NCBI RefSeq assembly: GCF_009834535.1
Contig: NC_045707.1
Coordinates: 63,676,001-63,740,000, forward strand
Length of the DNA stretch: 64,000 bases
Direction of reading: 5' to 3'
Source: Camelus ferus
Lineage: Eukaryota
Shown: one piece after another, positions 1 through 14,024 of the stretch
Position numbering within the stretch: the first letter of the stretch is position 1
Layout of the letters: every line of letters begins with the position of its first letter
Made by a program: the position numbers and the translations under genes
Notes under the pieces: model-generated
Seen by the model: only the letters and a program-made list of their open reading frames with translations
Told to the model about the DNA's origin: nothing
Database searches by the model: none

Positions 1-1747
1 TCCTTAGGTAACTACAGTAACACTGAGTCTAGCCAGTAAGATAAATGGCATGAATTAAGGAGCCACAGCCAAGAGGTTAAGGTGTAAGGGTTAGAGGCAT
101 TTTCAATATTTTTCTGACCCTTTACTTAAAAGTTTTTCACTTTTAAGTAACCTTCAGTCTCGTGGAGGAAGAGTGGTGGGTAGTGCTAAATTCTGGAAGT
201 AAAGATGCACTTGTACATTGCATGGAATAAAAAACACCCAGAGGTAGCTCCAATTTCTAAACATCATACTATGTAATGAACTCAGAGTATTCCTGATTAT
301 GACAAAAACTGAATGGACCACCCCAAATTTATACCCAAATGCATAAAATATTTTATCAATAGCTGCACTTCTTCCTAAGTTCCTTAAGTATAGGTAATGT
401 CCTAAAGCTGAAGGTCTTAATTTCCCCCTGGTTAATGTACCTAATAATACCTTTCCTAGAAAAATCAAAAACTCATGTAAACAATGCTATTAAAGCACAC
501 CTGAAATATTTTTTCTTCTTTCACCAAAAATAAATCAAGTTGGATACTTTTCATACTAAATCCAATTTTTGAAAGTTTAATTACAATGTAATTACTCTCA
601 AAGGTTCCATTAAAAGTTCCAATTTATTGGTAAACACAGATTAAGAAATTATTCCAGCTACGTGGTAACTTTAAAAAAAGAAGTTGAAATACTAATTTAA
701 CAAAATTGATAAGCTTTAAAATACGATTCTAGGTTGAGAACATATGAGCTTTTCTTCTAATGTCAAACAAAGGAAGTGATGCCCCATAAGTCAGTGCATC
801 ACCTCCTCTAATGGGAGCACAGTCACCAGGAGTACAGGAATTGACTCCACCTGTAACAGCCTCGGAGGGCACTGGCGTTCCAGTGTAGACTAAGGCTTTC
901 ATTATCCAAATGGATTATTCTCCCAATTCTTTGGGAAAATTTCTGTCATCTTCATTTGTATAAAGATAAGGTAGCAATCAGTTGTTTTACCAATATTCTA
1001 TTTCAAAAGCTCATCCGTCTGTTAACAATTAACAGATACGTGAGAAGAAAGTAGTAATTTTGTTTTTCATCAAGCAGTGCCCTGGGTGCAAAATGGAATA
1101 AAACAATATACACCAAAAACATGATGATGGGTATCGCTTAGAGTGGAAAGAGGAAAATGGGGCTTGGGGTGGTGAGCAAAGATGTGAGCTATATCCTTAA
1201 ATGTTTTTTTCTTGGAAAGAAAGAGAAAAAACTAGAAGTAAGCAAGGCAAAATGTTTACATATGTTAAGTGTGAATAGTGGGATGTGTGTTATATTATTC
1301 TTCGTATTTTGCTCTCACTCAAATTTCTTTAGAAAAAAAAAAAAAGCCAAACACAAGTCAGTTCCCTCCCAATGCTTCAGACGGCAAATAAAGCACTATC
1401 TCTAAGGACCGGCCTGACAAAACTTCCTTAACTCTGCACGAAGCTACACCAGAATGTGGCCGAGCCTCACATGAAGTCCCGTCTCCCAAGGAAAGAACAC
1501 AGGCACAAATGGTCCACAGAACTGGTTCTGGGAAACCTACTGGCCCCAAGGGTTTGATTTACAGTAAAAAGCTCCAAAGACCAGACATTCAGTTCAAGAT
1601 TGTTAATTTTTAAGGAGAGACCACAAACCACCAGGATTTCAGAACAACACTGCTTTAGAAATTCCAGTCGGGATATTACAATCTATTTATAGATACAAAT
1701 GTTTATTTCAATAAATATTATATTTTAATAATAATTTAAGAACTTAC

Positions 1748-1845
1748 CTCCCATAATCGGAGAATATCTAGAAAACTAAATTCCCTTTTAAATCTGATTA
1801 AAAGCCACCTGAAGCAGAAATAAAGGTATCCAGAGTCCTGGGATT
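1748..1845 (-). CDS. TBC1D15: TBC1D15 exon 15 (ESQDSGYLYFCFRWLLIRFKREFSFLDILRLWE)
   Basis: 98 nt, ctgtag| and |gtaagt, phase 1-0. Confidence 0.97.
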
Positions 1846-2052
1846 CTACAGAAAGAAAAAAGAAATACTTATATATGGCTTACTCTTATGCTAATTATCT
1901 CAGAATACAATAAACTATTTCAAACTCAAATTTTTCTGTTCATCTTAGGCTATTAAAAGTCCTATAAATGTAACTGCCTTCTACTAATTCAAGGAAACAA
2001 CTCAAATTGCAGGCTAACTTCTTTAAAAGAAACCATCACATAAGAACAAATA

Positions 2053-2195
2053 CAGTCAACCCTCCATATCTGCAGATTTAAACAACTATGGATAGAAAAA
2101 TATTTGTTAAAAAAATTTTTTCCCATGAAGTTTCAAAAGCAAAACTTGAATTTGCCACCTCTGGCAACTACTTACATAGCATTTACAACTATTTA
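2053..2195 (+). mobile_element. MER2-like (TcMar-Tigger) DNA transposon fragment
   Basis: TA + CAGTCAACCCTCCATATCTGCAGAT terminus; AAAAGCAAAACTTGAATTTGCC internal motif. Confidence 0.65.
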
Positions 2196-2338
2196 CAGTT
2201 TGATCCCACACTTTTAGTCCTCAGAGAAGCCCAGGCAACACTGGCAGGGTGTATATGTCTTTAAGAGTTCTCTACATTTTTTCCCTTTGAGTATTACCCT
2301 AAAATTTGCTGGGTAGAGTTTTGATTCACTAAACTTAC

Positions 2339-2438
2339 CTAAGTAACTGCAAAATCCACTGTCCAACAACCGAAGTAAGGTACTTAGCTGAATTAGCTGG
2401 GTCTTCATGCCTTGCATTTGCTCTTCAAAATTTTGATG
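2339..2438 (-). CDS. TBC1D15: TBC1D15 exon 14 (HQNFEEQMQGMKTQLIQLSTLLRLLDSGFCSYL)
   Basis: 100 nt, ttaaag| and |gtaagt; overlaps ORF 2214..2417. Confidence 0.97.
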
Positions 2439-2934
2439 CTTTAAAAGGAAATAATTGTTGTCACATTAGTAATATTCAATGAACGCTTTACTGTATATAA
2501 TCATTGGTAACTATGCCATGAGGATAAGGACAAATGTTGGACTTATACCACATTGGTTATATTTAAAACTCACAACTAATTAAAATGCTAAAGCAACATT
2601 AAAAAGGAGGGAAAGAGAATCTTTGGTCTTAAACTGAGGACTATTTTTTCACATGGGAAATAAACTTACCAAATCACTTTCACTGTTAAATATTTCTTTC
2701 AATTAACATATGAAATAAAATTAATTTTACCTTTAACATGTATCTCTCGCTGAAGAATTAACTAATTATCTTAGATTTGATGACAATAGGGAATCTATGA
2801 AGTCAAAACCATTTTCATGACAATGCTGAAACAATCTATGCATTTTGTGCTTTAAGTTCTCCCGCAAGTGTAAAAGCTGTATGATATGTGATACTGCGCT
2901 GGACAGCACACAGGAGCAGATATGAAAGTCAGCC

Positions 2935-3232
2935 GTCTCTTACTGAACTGTTAAACCAAACATTAAAGAAAATGTAAAATGTACAACAATCCCTCTTCTC
3001 AGTAAATTTTGTTTTGGAAAAGTTACTTTTCATTAAAAAATATACGTATGTTAAGGTATAATAGGTCTGTTATTTTTAAATGAATTAATAGATATTTATA
3101 AACTTCTCAGTATTAATTTTTCAGATGAGAAACGTCAAAAGACATAACCCACACAAACAAAAGCTCTAGGAATCCTTAATAATATTTACAAGTGAGAAGG
3201 GGCCCTAAGATCACAAAGTCTGAGACTGCTGT
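2935..3232. mobile_element. hAT-Charlie-like DNA transposon remnant
   Basis: CATAACCCACACAAACAAAAGCTCT...AGTCTGAGACTGCTG resembles a Charlie terminal region. Confidence 0.55.
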
Positions 3233-6207
3233 GGTTTACATGTTTTAAAAAATCTTCGAAGTTGAGCAGATTCCCTACCAACACTTCAGTCAAGGTTTGG
3301 GGGATGGAAGCACACCAAAATAAATGAAATGCTTCTTCGATGATTCTGACTCCTTTAACCCACGTTTCCTGAGCCCTCTATGGTGACCTACCGCACTAAC
3401 TTTGTGACAAGTGTAAGAACAACATCCCCTCCCTCAGACTTATTTTTTTAGTTTTAGAGACAATAATAGTGCTTTATTAGAAGTATCTATCAGATTAGAA
3501 ACCACTCCTTCTTGGTTAAAAGAAAAAAATTAAGGGCTAGTGATTCTCAATAAACTGGCTTCTCTTTAGTGATTTAACGAACTAGTTTAATAGACTAATG
3601 CAAGCTTCTGGGATATAGTTTCTTCAGATTTCCCATATGGAACTCTAAGAGAAAGGCAGAATTAATTAACTCTTTGATTAACAGCATAGTTTTTATTGTG
3701 ACGTGACTAAAAGCTAGAGTTGGTTTGGAAGTACCAACATCACCTAGCCATTGCTACCCACTCTGTTATAAAAAGAAGCACTCCCAAAATGACAGAAGCC
3801 AAAATGACAGAAGCTATTCCCGGAGAAAGGAAAATGAGATTAACAATGGATATACAAAGGGCCTCAAGTGTAACTGTAAATAAATACACATGTGCAGACA
3901 TACACATACGTATGCAGGTATGCACGTATGTGTATGTGCGTACACATAGGTGTGTGTGTACAAACATGGAAAGGGGTGAGAGGGAAGGGAGGGACTGAAT
4001 TACATGGCAAAATGAGTGGTGGGTATAAAAAAGTTCATTAGATCATTTTGCAAATATTTCCATAATATTTCAATAATAGACAAAGTCTACGCCTAAACCT
4101 ACATTAGATGTGAGTAAATATCAACAAAGGACATCTACAGACACTGGATTCAGCCTCATAAAAGCAGTAAAAACTTACATGAAAATAAAGCTGTAAAGCA
4201 GAAGGGAGGAGTCAAACAGCAGCACAGATTCAAGGACACCAGAACAACAGCAATGCAGTGGAAAATAATCGTGCAGATTATTTTGATTACAACATGCTGC
4301 CCTTTTGTTCAAATATTACACAACAAAAGATGTTAGGAAATGGTATATTAAGAGATCTTTTTAGAATAAAAACTAGAAAAATCCCCAGACCACTCTCAGT
4401 GGAAAAGGCAAACAGAGAACATTTACTGTGAAAAAGAGAACAAAGAACTTGAAACTTCATACACAAAAATGACAAACAGACCGTGAAGTGTGCATTACAG
4501 ATGTTCAGAAAGTAGTCTTCACATCTGAGACCTAAAGACATGCACACATATGCATGTATGTGTGTATTTGGCATCATAAGCCAATATATTTGAACATGCC
4601 AATATTAGCTCAGTTGTATGAAAACTATTATTGTAAAAAAACTAAACGCAGTATGCCTGGCTAATTCTTGGAATACCTACTCTAAGTAAAGGTCTAAACT
4701 AAGCACTGGGGAAATATTCATGTGTTTATTCTACGAAAATCAGCTGAACAAAAAAGCCTCATGTCAGGCATTAGGAAAATTCTGGAAGCATATCAGAGAA
4801 CTAGTTAAACAAATACATGACCCCTCTTACCAAGGAACACACTAGGTCTAGTGAAAAGAGGATAAACAACAAAAACAAAAGGAAAGCAGACAACAGTTTT
4901 CATACAATTAATATCAGTTGTACAGACCTTTATAACAAATGCCTCAGGTTTCTAGAGCACTTGGGAGTAAATGGAACTAAGGAGGCAGGTAAAAATCAAT
5001 CAATCAATCAATCAATCAAAAAGGGAAGACAAACTATGATATTACCAGGCTACTGCAATTAATAATCTTTCCAAATAATCCAAAAGCATTAAATCATGGT
5101 AAAGGACTACATAATTAGATATTTTTAAATAGGAAAAGAATAGTTTAAAACCATCAAATCTTATCAAGTATGGAAAAGAACTAGAAGTGAGGATGAGTTG
5201 GAACCATGGATAAGAAACTTGAGGAAACAGATAAAATTGGGGCAAACTGGAAGGGAAAGAAAAACAGGCAGGCAAGAGGGGAAGAACAGAAGTAACTGAG
5301 ATGAGAAGGGCACCACTTGCAAATCCCCTATCTGCATCCCAGACTCTGTGTTACAGGGAAATATACTATATGATTACACAGTCAAAATCTTCACCCTCCT
5401 GCAAGCGAGCAATTTCAGTACCTGATATCAAGGCCCAACATCAAGTATATTAGTTTTATTCTGAAACAGTACAGTGACCTATGTGGCCAGGTCTTTGGAT
5501 TTCCTATGCCTTTATCTCCTCTTAGTCCCTACACTTTCTTTTCCCCCTTTCTAACAGATTGCTTGAGAAGACTGTTCTGTTTTATTTTCCTGTTAATACT
5601 CTTTCTGTGCTATTGTCCTAGAACTCTGTCTCCAAGATATATCAAAGATAATAGATAAAATGTTCTTTGTAATAATTGTATATATAGACACAGTACAACA
5701 CTAATAATCGCATGCTTCTGAAAAAACTAAGAAAGTGTCAATGTTACAAATAGTTCAAACACATCTGGAGAAAAATCAGTCACTTATAATAAAAAAATCC
5801 AAAATGTTCACAAAAGGTAAGGATATTACTTGGCATGACTAAGCTTTATCTCTGAAACAGATGATATGAAAGTTCAACTGCTTCGCAAGAACTGAATTCA
5901 TCTATTTCATCAATATTCTACAGTGACTCATGGCTCTTCGGCAGATCATACGCACTTACCGATACTAAATCCTGATTATTCCTGTTCTACAGACATATAC
6001 TATCTACTTTTTGTATTAAAAACAATACCAGGACTTCCAAGCCTCTTGAAAAGACTTGAAAAAAGAAACAAACGAATGAACAACACAGAGCAACTTTTTT
6101 TAAGTTCCACCGTAAATGGCTAAATATAAATATCAATCTTACACGATAAGATTATACAACTACAATTTTCAAAATTAGTTTGATTAAAGGAAAGAATCTA
6201 TTCTTAC

Positions 6208-6308
6208 CATTTGGTCCATGTAGGAGGCAAAGCACCAAAAGGCATCCACTTCATTTTCCATCACATATAAAACAGGGGAAAGTAAATCACTCATTCCTTG
6301 CACATACC
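6208..6308 (-). CDS. TBC1D15: TBC1D15 exon 13 (GYVQGMSDLLSPVLYVMENEVDAFWCFASYMDQM), glutamine finger
   Basis: 101 nt, tcttag| and |gtaaga; YxQG motif. Confidence 0.98.
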
Positions 6309-7976
6309 CTAAGAAGAACAGAAAAACTAATTATGTCTCTAAAAACCTAAGCTTTATGTATCCTTCTGTGCGTATCATCACCATTTCACTTAAAATCACA
6401 TCTTTTCTTTGGTTTCAGAAACTGGTAGATACGGAAGTTTGTAAACACGGTGGAGGAAATCCCGCGATCAGGTGAGAAAGATGAGTTGTTTTAGACCAAG
6501 ATGTCAAGCAGGTATATAATGGCTAGTGTAGATATCACTATCAAGAATGGTAATAATATTAAAAAATAATATGTAAAAGCATCATGAGAAAGAAGAAGGG
6601 TGAAGAGAAAACCCTGAGAAGTATCAAATGTCAGAATACATACTCAAAGGGAGATTTGTGAAGGAACAGTCAAGAGGAAAGGGGGAAAAAGCCATGGAGA
6701 AGAGTGTTGTAAAAGTCCACGCGGGAAGAAAGCTGCAAGATCACCAAGCTGCCATGAGTAAGTCTAGCAAAATAAGAACTAAAAAGGGTTCAACTGCTTT
6801 AGCAACCAGCTTATTGGTAATCTACACAAAAGGAGTCACAACAAAATTATCTCTTTTAAATGGTCGTATTCATATTCTTTTCTCTTTTTTTTCTTTTGCT
6901 GTTATTCTATATCCAATTAATGCTAGCAAATGAATTTAATCCAATCAATATTCTGTACCTAAAACTACCACTTTAACCACCTTTCTCTTGATGCTCTTAT
7001 AATTTCTCAGTCACGCCACTAATTTACAGCCTTTGGTTAAAAAGAAAATTGGGAAGTTAAAGAATCAGGTCCCTCACTTAAAAAACAAACACAAAGTCTT
7101 AGTTTTGCTTTTCACCTGACCATGTCAAGCTTCTTGTTTCTTAGTTTTATCTTATCCTCAATTTTCTTAAATGTTTTACAATTAGATTTCAGACTTAAGA
7201 CACAGATTCTTGAACCAACAAAGGGACAAGGGCCATACTAAGCCTTTTCACATACATATTTTATCACTCAACTCTGGTACCTTTTTGTACACTTGTTAAA
7301 GTTACATAGAGATTTTTTCCCAACGATAGCTTGGGGAGTCTGTGGAAAATAAGTCTTTCACTTATCTGCAGAACCAAAGCTTACATTAAAATCATTCATC
7401 AAAATCTATGTGCAATGAATCCACTTAAACGGCACATATTTTAAAAGGCGTGGAATATTTCTGCTAAAAATTATATACAATTTTATATCACTCTTCCCAT
7501 TTTGGAAGAAAACTTTAAAAATGACCCCAGGAAGCATACAGGCTAAAGTCTCTTGAGAAAATTCAGATTAAAAATATAACATGAGAGTGAGTAGATACAG
7601 CTAAACCTAATTACCCCACCACCACCAAAAAAAAGCATAATAGAGAGACACTCAGTTCACTTCAATCTCCTTAAAATAAAAGTTTAGCTCCATCTGCTCT
7701 TAGCTTCTGCCCTAATCTACTGCTATATCTAGTCTTTGCCAACCTCACTATGCCTACACTGTACCCTGGGGGAAAGTATGGCTCTACTCACACTGGCACA
7801 AACAACACGTGGGTTCCCAAGGCAGGCATCCAATTTATTACAGTACCAAACTGTGGATTTAACAAGACATTTGCAGAAAGGGGCCAGAAAAAAAGTGGCA
7901 TACAACATGGTACCTAAATGAAGCATTTCTAATGCTTACAAATGTATTGCAGATGCTTTTTTAAATAATACACACT

Positions 7977-8444
7977 TGTGATGATTAGTTTTGTGTCAGT
8001 GTGAGTGGGCCACAGGATGTCCCCATGTCTGGTTAAACAGTATTTCTGGGAGTACCTGTGAAGGCGTTTCTAGAAGAGATTAGCATTTGAACTGGAAAAC
8101 TGATTAAAGCAGACGGCCCTCACCAACGTGACAGGGCAACATCCAACCCGGTTGAGGGCCTGAACAGAACAAAAAGACGCAGGAAGACTGAACTTGCCCT
8201 CTGCCAGGCTGGCTGAGCTGAGCTGAGCTGAGCCATCAGCTCCTGCCCTCAGTACTCCTGGTTCTCATACCTTCAGACTCAAAGGAATGGTACTCACACC
8301 ACCCGCTCTGCTGCTCTCAGACCTTCAAACTACACCACCAGCTGCAGATCTCAGACTGTGGGACTTCTCAGCCTCCGTGATTATGTAACCCAATCTCTTA
8401 TAAGAAATCTTTTTCTTTCTTTACTTCTTTTCCTGATTAATACA
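7977..8444 (+). mobile_element. MLT2 (ERVL) solo LTR
   Basis: TG...CA ends; perfect 5-bp TSD ACACT (7972-7976, 8445-8449); MLT2 hallmark GAAGAGATTAGCATTTGAA. Confidence 0.85.
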
Positions 8445-10789
8445 ACACTTTTAAGAAAGGAGTAAGTAGGTTGGAAGGAGAACTAAACTGTTATTATCAG
8501 AACTTTCCCACATGGGAATGACACAGTGAAAGCAATGACAAACATAAAGGCTAAACCAATTAAAGTATGAAGGAAATTTGATCTGAATTCAACAAAGCGC
8601 AAAAGAGTACTTTACTGGCTGTGACTGTATATGGTCTATAACAGAAATATTTCAGAGTACGCTATTCAAAAGAGTTACAAAGCACCTTTCCCCCTAGGGG
8701 AAAAAAGTGCTTTATTATAAAATTATAATGAATGAAAATTTCTAAGAAGCTAACTTAATCCTTTAAGTCTTCAGCTTTCACGTGGGATCACTACCATATT
8801 TCCCCTGTAAGTCTTAGTTGAAGCAAGTAGTCGATTTAATCTTCATATTCTGGTTGCTTTTAATCTGTTTTATTTTGTACATGATGTTCTTTGGGATATG
8901 TCATGAGTTGTGGGGGTGGAATTAATGTACAAATTCCTTTTAATTAAAGAAAGATTAAAGCTGTTTAAATTAGCATTCAGTGCCACTCACATTTTGTACT
9001 AGTGCTGACTGACGTACATCTTAATCAGCACTGCTACAATTTCTGAAGTAGTTCCCCCAAATTATTTTCATAGCAAAGCTATTTCAGTGGGGGAGGTGTG
9101 AGAAATGAACTCCTTATCATTCTAGTGTACACATTCTTACAGAGAAAATGTTCATTTACATATAGGTCAACTTTCCAGGTTAACTGAAGCTTAGTCCTTA
9201 GAGTATCAAATGAAAAAAAGAAATCTTTAACAGTTAGAAATCATTTTTTTTTGACTAGACACTCTCCTGCCTTCTCACATACAGTATTTTGAGTATAATT
9301 TAATCATTTACTGCTTATTCAGAGTCATGATCATGAAAATACTGTTTAAAAAAATACTCCTAGAAAAACGTGTAGTGTGTTTACACTAACTAAAAATTAT
9401 TTTTCCTTGAGTTCTTCTGTCTGCTTTCAGTAATTTTTGTCTTCTTCCTCACTATTAATGAGACTATATTCAATGCAAATACACCTACAACTATGGGGTA
9501 AGAAGCCAAACAACTCAATACGACAGAAACACCTCTAAGAGTAAATTTACAGCCTAGGTGACTTCACTGTGAGTTTAAAAATTGTGAAATTTGGTCCACT
9601 GCTTTATGAAAACTACCCTGGCTTCTCACAAGGCCAGAGTTTAATAAAAAACTTGGGTATGTTTCAGATAACTTAAGCATTTCACTAGAAAGAATGCTGG
9701 ATTAATACAGACAAATGAAAACAGCAATTTATCCAGTTAGCTGGTCTGGGACTAGGCCCTGAAGAATCTGAGTATTCAGGGAACTCCTTCTGAGAATATG
9801 CATTAATTCTTTTCTCAAAAGTACCATTTGAGAGTACTGGGGGCAATGCCGCTTGTCCCCTAGGACAATAACCCAGTTCCCTACAGAAACTAAGATGGCA
9901 ACGGCTCCGGCTGCTGCATGTGCAGAGGCAAGAACGCCAGCCTGAAATAAAGACCAGGCTCTCCATCGCCAATCCAGTATTTACTACTTGTGCTACCCTG
10001 AGTCACTCTCTAAATCAGTATAACCTTACTCATAAAATGGGGATCATTTCCCCACTTCTTTAGAACACTAATACAATCAAAATCAAAACTGAGAATGACT
10101 CTGTAACCTGAGAAGCACTCTAATAATATGTTTTCAGTCATCATTACAGATGTCACAGACAGGACTGACTAGATTTTACATTTCAAAGAGCAATCTGTGA
10201 TCTTCAACTACCATCCCCAAAGAGGCTAATGCCTCCAGATCCACAAGAGATTACTTCTTCCCTTAGTTTACATGTAACAGGAAGCCAAAAATTCACATAG
10301 GTATAAACAATGAAGAAAATGCACCTGTAATTAAGGTTAATTTGGCTTTAATATGACAAATACCCAATTATCTTCTCTTCTCCAAAAGACGTCTCAAGCT
10401 TTATGAAGGTAATCTGAAAAACATCTACTTTCACTGTCCTCTCCTTGGAAGTCACTAACACTGGTAGGTAACTCAAACTTTTCCATTATTTATACTTGTT
10501 TAAAAGTTGATGCTTAGGGAATGTATTGGTCCTTTAAAAACACAGCTCAAGTACTCCTGACCCTTAAAACATTGGTTTCTTAGGTTTTCTATCCCTTAGC
10601 ATCACTTCTCCATGAAATCCCCCATTCCCACCTCCAGCCCGTCCGTCCAAGTCAATCTTCATGGAGATCAGACTAACCGAGAAAAGACAGTCAAGTTCCA
10701 CACACCTTAGGTAATTACCTGCACTGCTTGTCTATGATACCAAATTGGCACTTTTCTTCACAAGGGAGAAAGCATATCAAAAAAAAAAA

Positions 10790-11239
10790 GGTTCCCAAAC
10801 TTTCTCAGTTCACAGTATCCTTAACAGCTCAGTAATCTTTTTCCCAAGGCACCTCAGGCTCAAAAAAACTACAAATATTCCCATTTATTAAATAGATCCA
10901 AACAATGTAATAAATATTTATGTCCTAGGAACTTAGCACCTGTTGGGCACTACACTACTTCTCAAACCTTGGAATTCAATTGGAGACCACCGTCCTTATC
11001 TATTTTCACACAGTTACTTGCTTATCACAGCAGGGGCAAAAACACTGCTTTGCAAAGTTATAACCTCATCAGAAGGCATTTGGCGATCTAATGCTAAAAC
11101 TCTGAACTACTTTAGCTAGTACTTAAAGCAGCATCCTACAGATGTCACCATATTACCCTCCAATATTTAAAATATCCCACACTGTCCCCATGAATTCACT
11201 GCAGCAACCCAGTGCTCCTTGGTGCACAATTTGGGAACC
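10790..11239. mobile_element. Non-autonomous hAT-type DNA transposon
   Basis: Subterminal inverted repeats GGTTCCCAAA (10790-10799) and TTTGGGAACC (11230-11239). Confidence 0.65.
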
Positions 11240-11389
11240 ATAGCCTTTTAAGTTTCCAGTCCTCTGTGGAACAACCCCTATAAAAACGAGGCCACAGAGC
11301 TTTTACATACATTTAAAGGGCTAATAAATTTAAATTCTAAAATAAACATATACAATGTCTTTAAATTAGAATACTAGAGGAGAACTTAC

Positions 11390-11506
11390 CTAAATCAAAA
11401 TCATACATACAGTAGGTCATCAAAATGTCATGAAGCAAAATCAACCCTGGATTATCTTGGCCTTCATAAAACTTGTTTGTTCGATCTGTTCTGTTAACAT
11501 CTTTTT
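11390..11506 (-). CDS. TBC1D15: TBC1D15 exon 12 (EKDVNRTDRTNKFYEGQDNPGLILLHDILMTYCMYDFDL), arginine finger
   Basis: 117 nt, cctcag| and |gtaagt; completes IxxDxxR. Confidence 0.98.
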
Positions 11507-13388
11507 CTGAGGAAGAAAACCATCACATATTTGAAAACCTTTGGAGTAAAAGATTTTTCATAAATCTCACATCTTACAAGAACATAATTATTTCTCTTGT
11601 TAATAATTTTTCTCGCTTGCTGAGCTTTTAGTTAATGAAAAAAATCCAACAAATTCCATTTTAGATACACAATAAAATTAACATTTTGGAATATTTTTCC
11701 AAAGTCAGTCCACCTCCTTTTGGGTATATTTTAAAATATTTTTCAATTTTTATCTAAACATAGAAATCTTTTAATTGAATAGTAAGAAATACTTTCAATT
11801 AATTAAGACCAACACCTAGTAATATTCACATTAGTTAGCAATAAAAATACCAGTCGTGAATGAATGTGATACAGTAGTTTCTGAAAACAGTAATGAAAAA
11901 AGCTACTATGCAATCAGGCGCAATCACAGGGATTTGTTTCGTTCATAATTGCTATCAACTTCTTTGTCATATCCCCAAATCAGCTTTAGGATAAATTACT
12001 TCCTTATTCTCATGTATACATTATTCAGTTTACATATAATTATAAGCAATTTATTTTAATTGTGAAAAAATAAAAATCCGTATTTTTCTGGAAATGATTT
12101 CATGACATTAAAAACAGGTTTGGAAACATCACCAGGACTATATCCCAAGCTGTCTTGACAAATTCAACTCACAAACACTGATTCCTACTAGATGTATCTT
12201 GTTGTGAAAGACTAAACAACTAAAAATACTTTCCCCAAACTTGAATCCCTCAATAATTAGGAAAAATAATTCAAAGAAATTCAAAGTGATGAACTTACTC
12301 TATAATCAAATTTTGTTTAAAAGTTATAACTGAGTTGTAACTTTCCCCCAACCCCTGGCCCATTAAGCTGAGTAATTTGAAAACACTTTCTCAAGAACTG
12401 TTGTGAAGAGATGGGGAGGTATTTTACAACAAAGTAGAATCTAACAGAGCATGACCTGAGTTTAGATTCTGTAAGGGCATTTAAAAAATCATCAGGACAA
12501 TATTCTAGCTTTCTGTTAAAATACATTCCATTTGATTCTATGAATGTAAGCACACATCTCTAGAACTGTGGATACATTTTTCAAATAAATAAGGAAAAGC
12601 AATACCAAAAAAAATCATGCTATCAATGGCAAATTTCATTTAAAAGCATCAAAATGTTTCATTCTCTTATTATAGTTGATAGTTATTTTTTATTAATGAG
12701 TTATTTTTTTATTAACTCAAACACAATTTACATAGAGGATCTGCCTTAACAGGTGTTTTAAACACAGTAAAAAGTCATTTGTACCCTCATGAACTATCTA
12801 TTTCTTTCCTCTTAAATAAATATTTAGTAATGATACGCCAGGCAGAAGACAAAAAGACTGAAGAGAAGCACAACATGCCGACGGCTCCATTTCACACTCA
12901 CCATCACTAACCTCTGGGGGACCCCTGACACTGCGGGGCAATCATGCTCTTCCCCTCGTGCATTCCCTCTCTCTGCATTCCCTCTCTCTATTTATATAAC
13001 TGTTTTACGTATTTTCCTCTCTCCTCAAGCCTCCAACATGTCATCTTCTCCCACACCTTAGCTCTGAGGATCTTCCTTCCCATTTCTGAGAAAACGGAAG
13101 TTATCCAAAGAGAACTTAGTACTTATCACTAACATTCCAAAAAGATGCCTGGTGATTCTAACATGCAGCCAAAAGTTACGAAGCAATGCTCTAATGACTT
13201 GGATTCCTGGGCCTTCTTATCTGCTTCTCTTTCCCTAGGTGACATCATCTATACCCATGGGTGTTTATACTGACAATACCCAAATTTATATATCCTACCC
13301 AGACTACTCCAGATTATTCAACTAGCCATTGACATCCCATTTGTATGTTTCACTTTAAAATATATATCTTAAAGTGAAACATACAAAT

Positions 13389-13389
13389 G

Positions 13390-13423
<34 letters not shown>

Positions 13424-13461
13424 GGGAGAGAGGGGGAGAGAGGGGGAGGGAGAGGGAGAGG

Positions 13462-13521
<60 letters not shown>

Positions 13522-13540
13522 CAGAGACAGAGACAGAGAC
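13389..13540. repeat. Compound purine microsatellite (GA)n-(GGGAGA)n-(GA)n-(GAGACA)n
   Basis: Direct reading. Confidence 0.97.
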
Positions 13541-14024
13541 ATCTAATTTAACTTCATTATACCCCTACTATCAAGCATCTCTTTTTTAGAGAATAGTTAT
13601 TCCCAGGTAAGTAGCTATTCAATTCTCAAATACTGACAAAATTTACTATCTGGAGTCATTTATTTAATTAAAAAATGAAATACATGCCTATTAAGAGGTG
13701 TGGGGGTATATAAACCAAAGCCTCTTAAATCTCTGAATGACAGAAACAAAAGTAATTTTTATTTTTCTCCTTTTTGCTCATTTAGAATTCCTAATTTTTT
13801 TTATAATACACACCAGGTGTTCCTATAATCAGGAAGACAATTTTTAAATGAAATTAACAAGCAAATAAAGTTACAAACTTTTGTTTTAATTCACATTTTA
13901 GAGCTCAAAATGAAATATATCAGTACTTACAAATGTACTGACTGAATTCATACTCCTACTGGAATATGAACAGCCAAGAATATTAGACACATATTTTAAT
14001 GTACTCTCCAATTCTGATTTCTCA

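Noticed and set aside
2664..2750. Strong donor G|gtaagt in intron 13 suggesting a cryptic exon
   Set aside because: No frame-compatible acceptor with a convincing pyrimidine tract; such motifs occur by chance
13374..13589. ER/ET-repeat ORF
   Set aside because: Translation of a microsatellite
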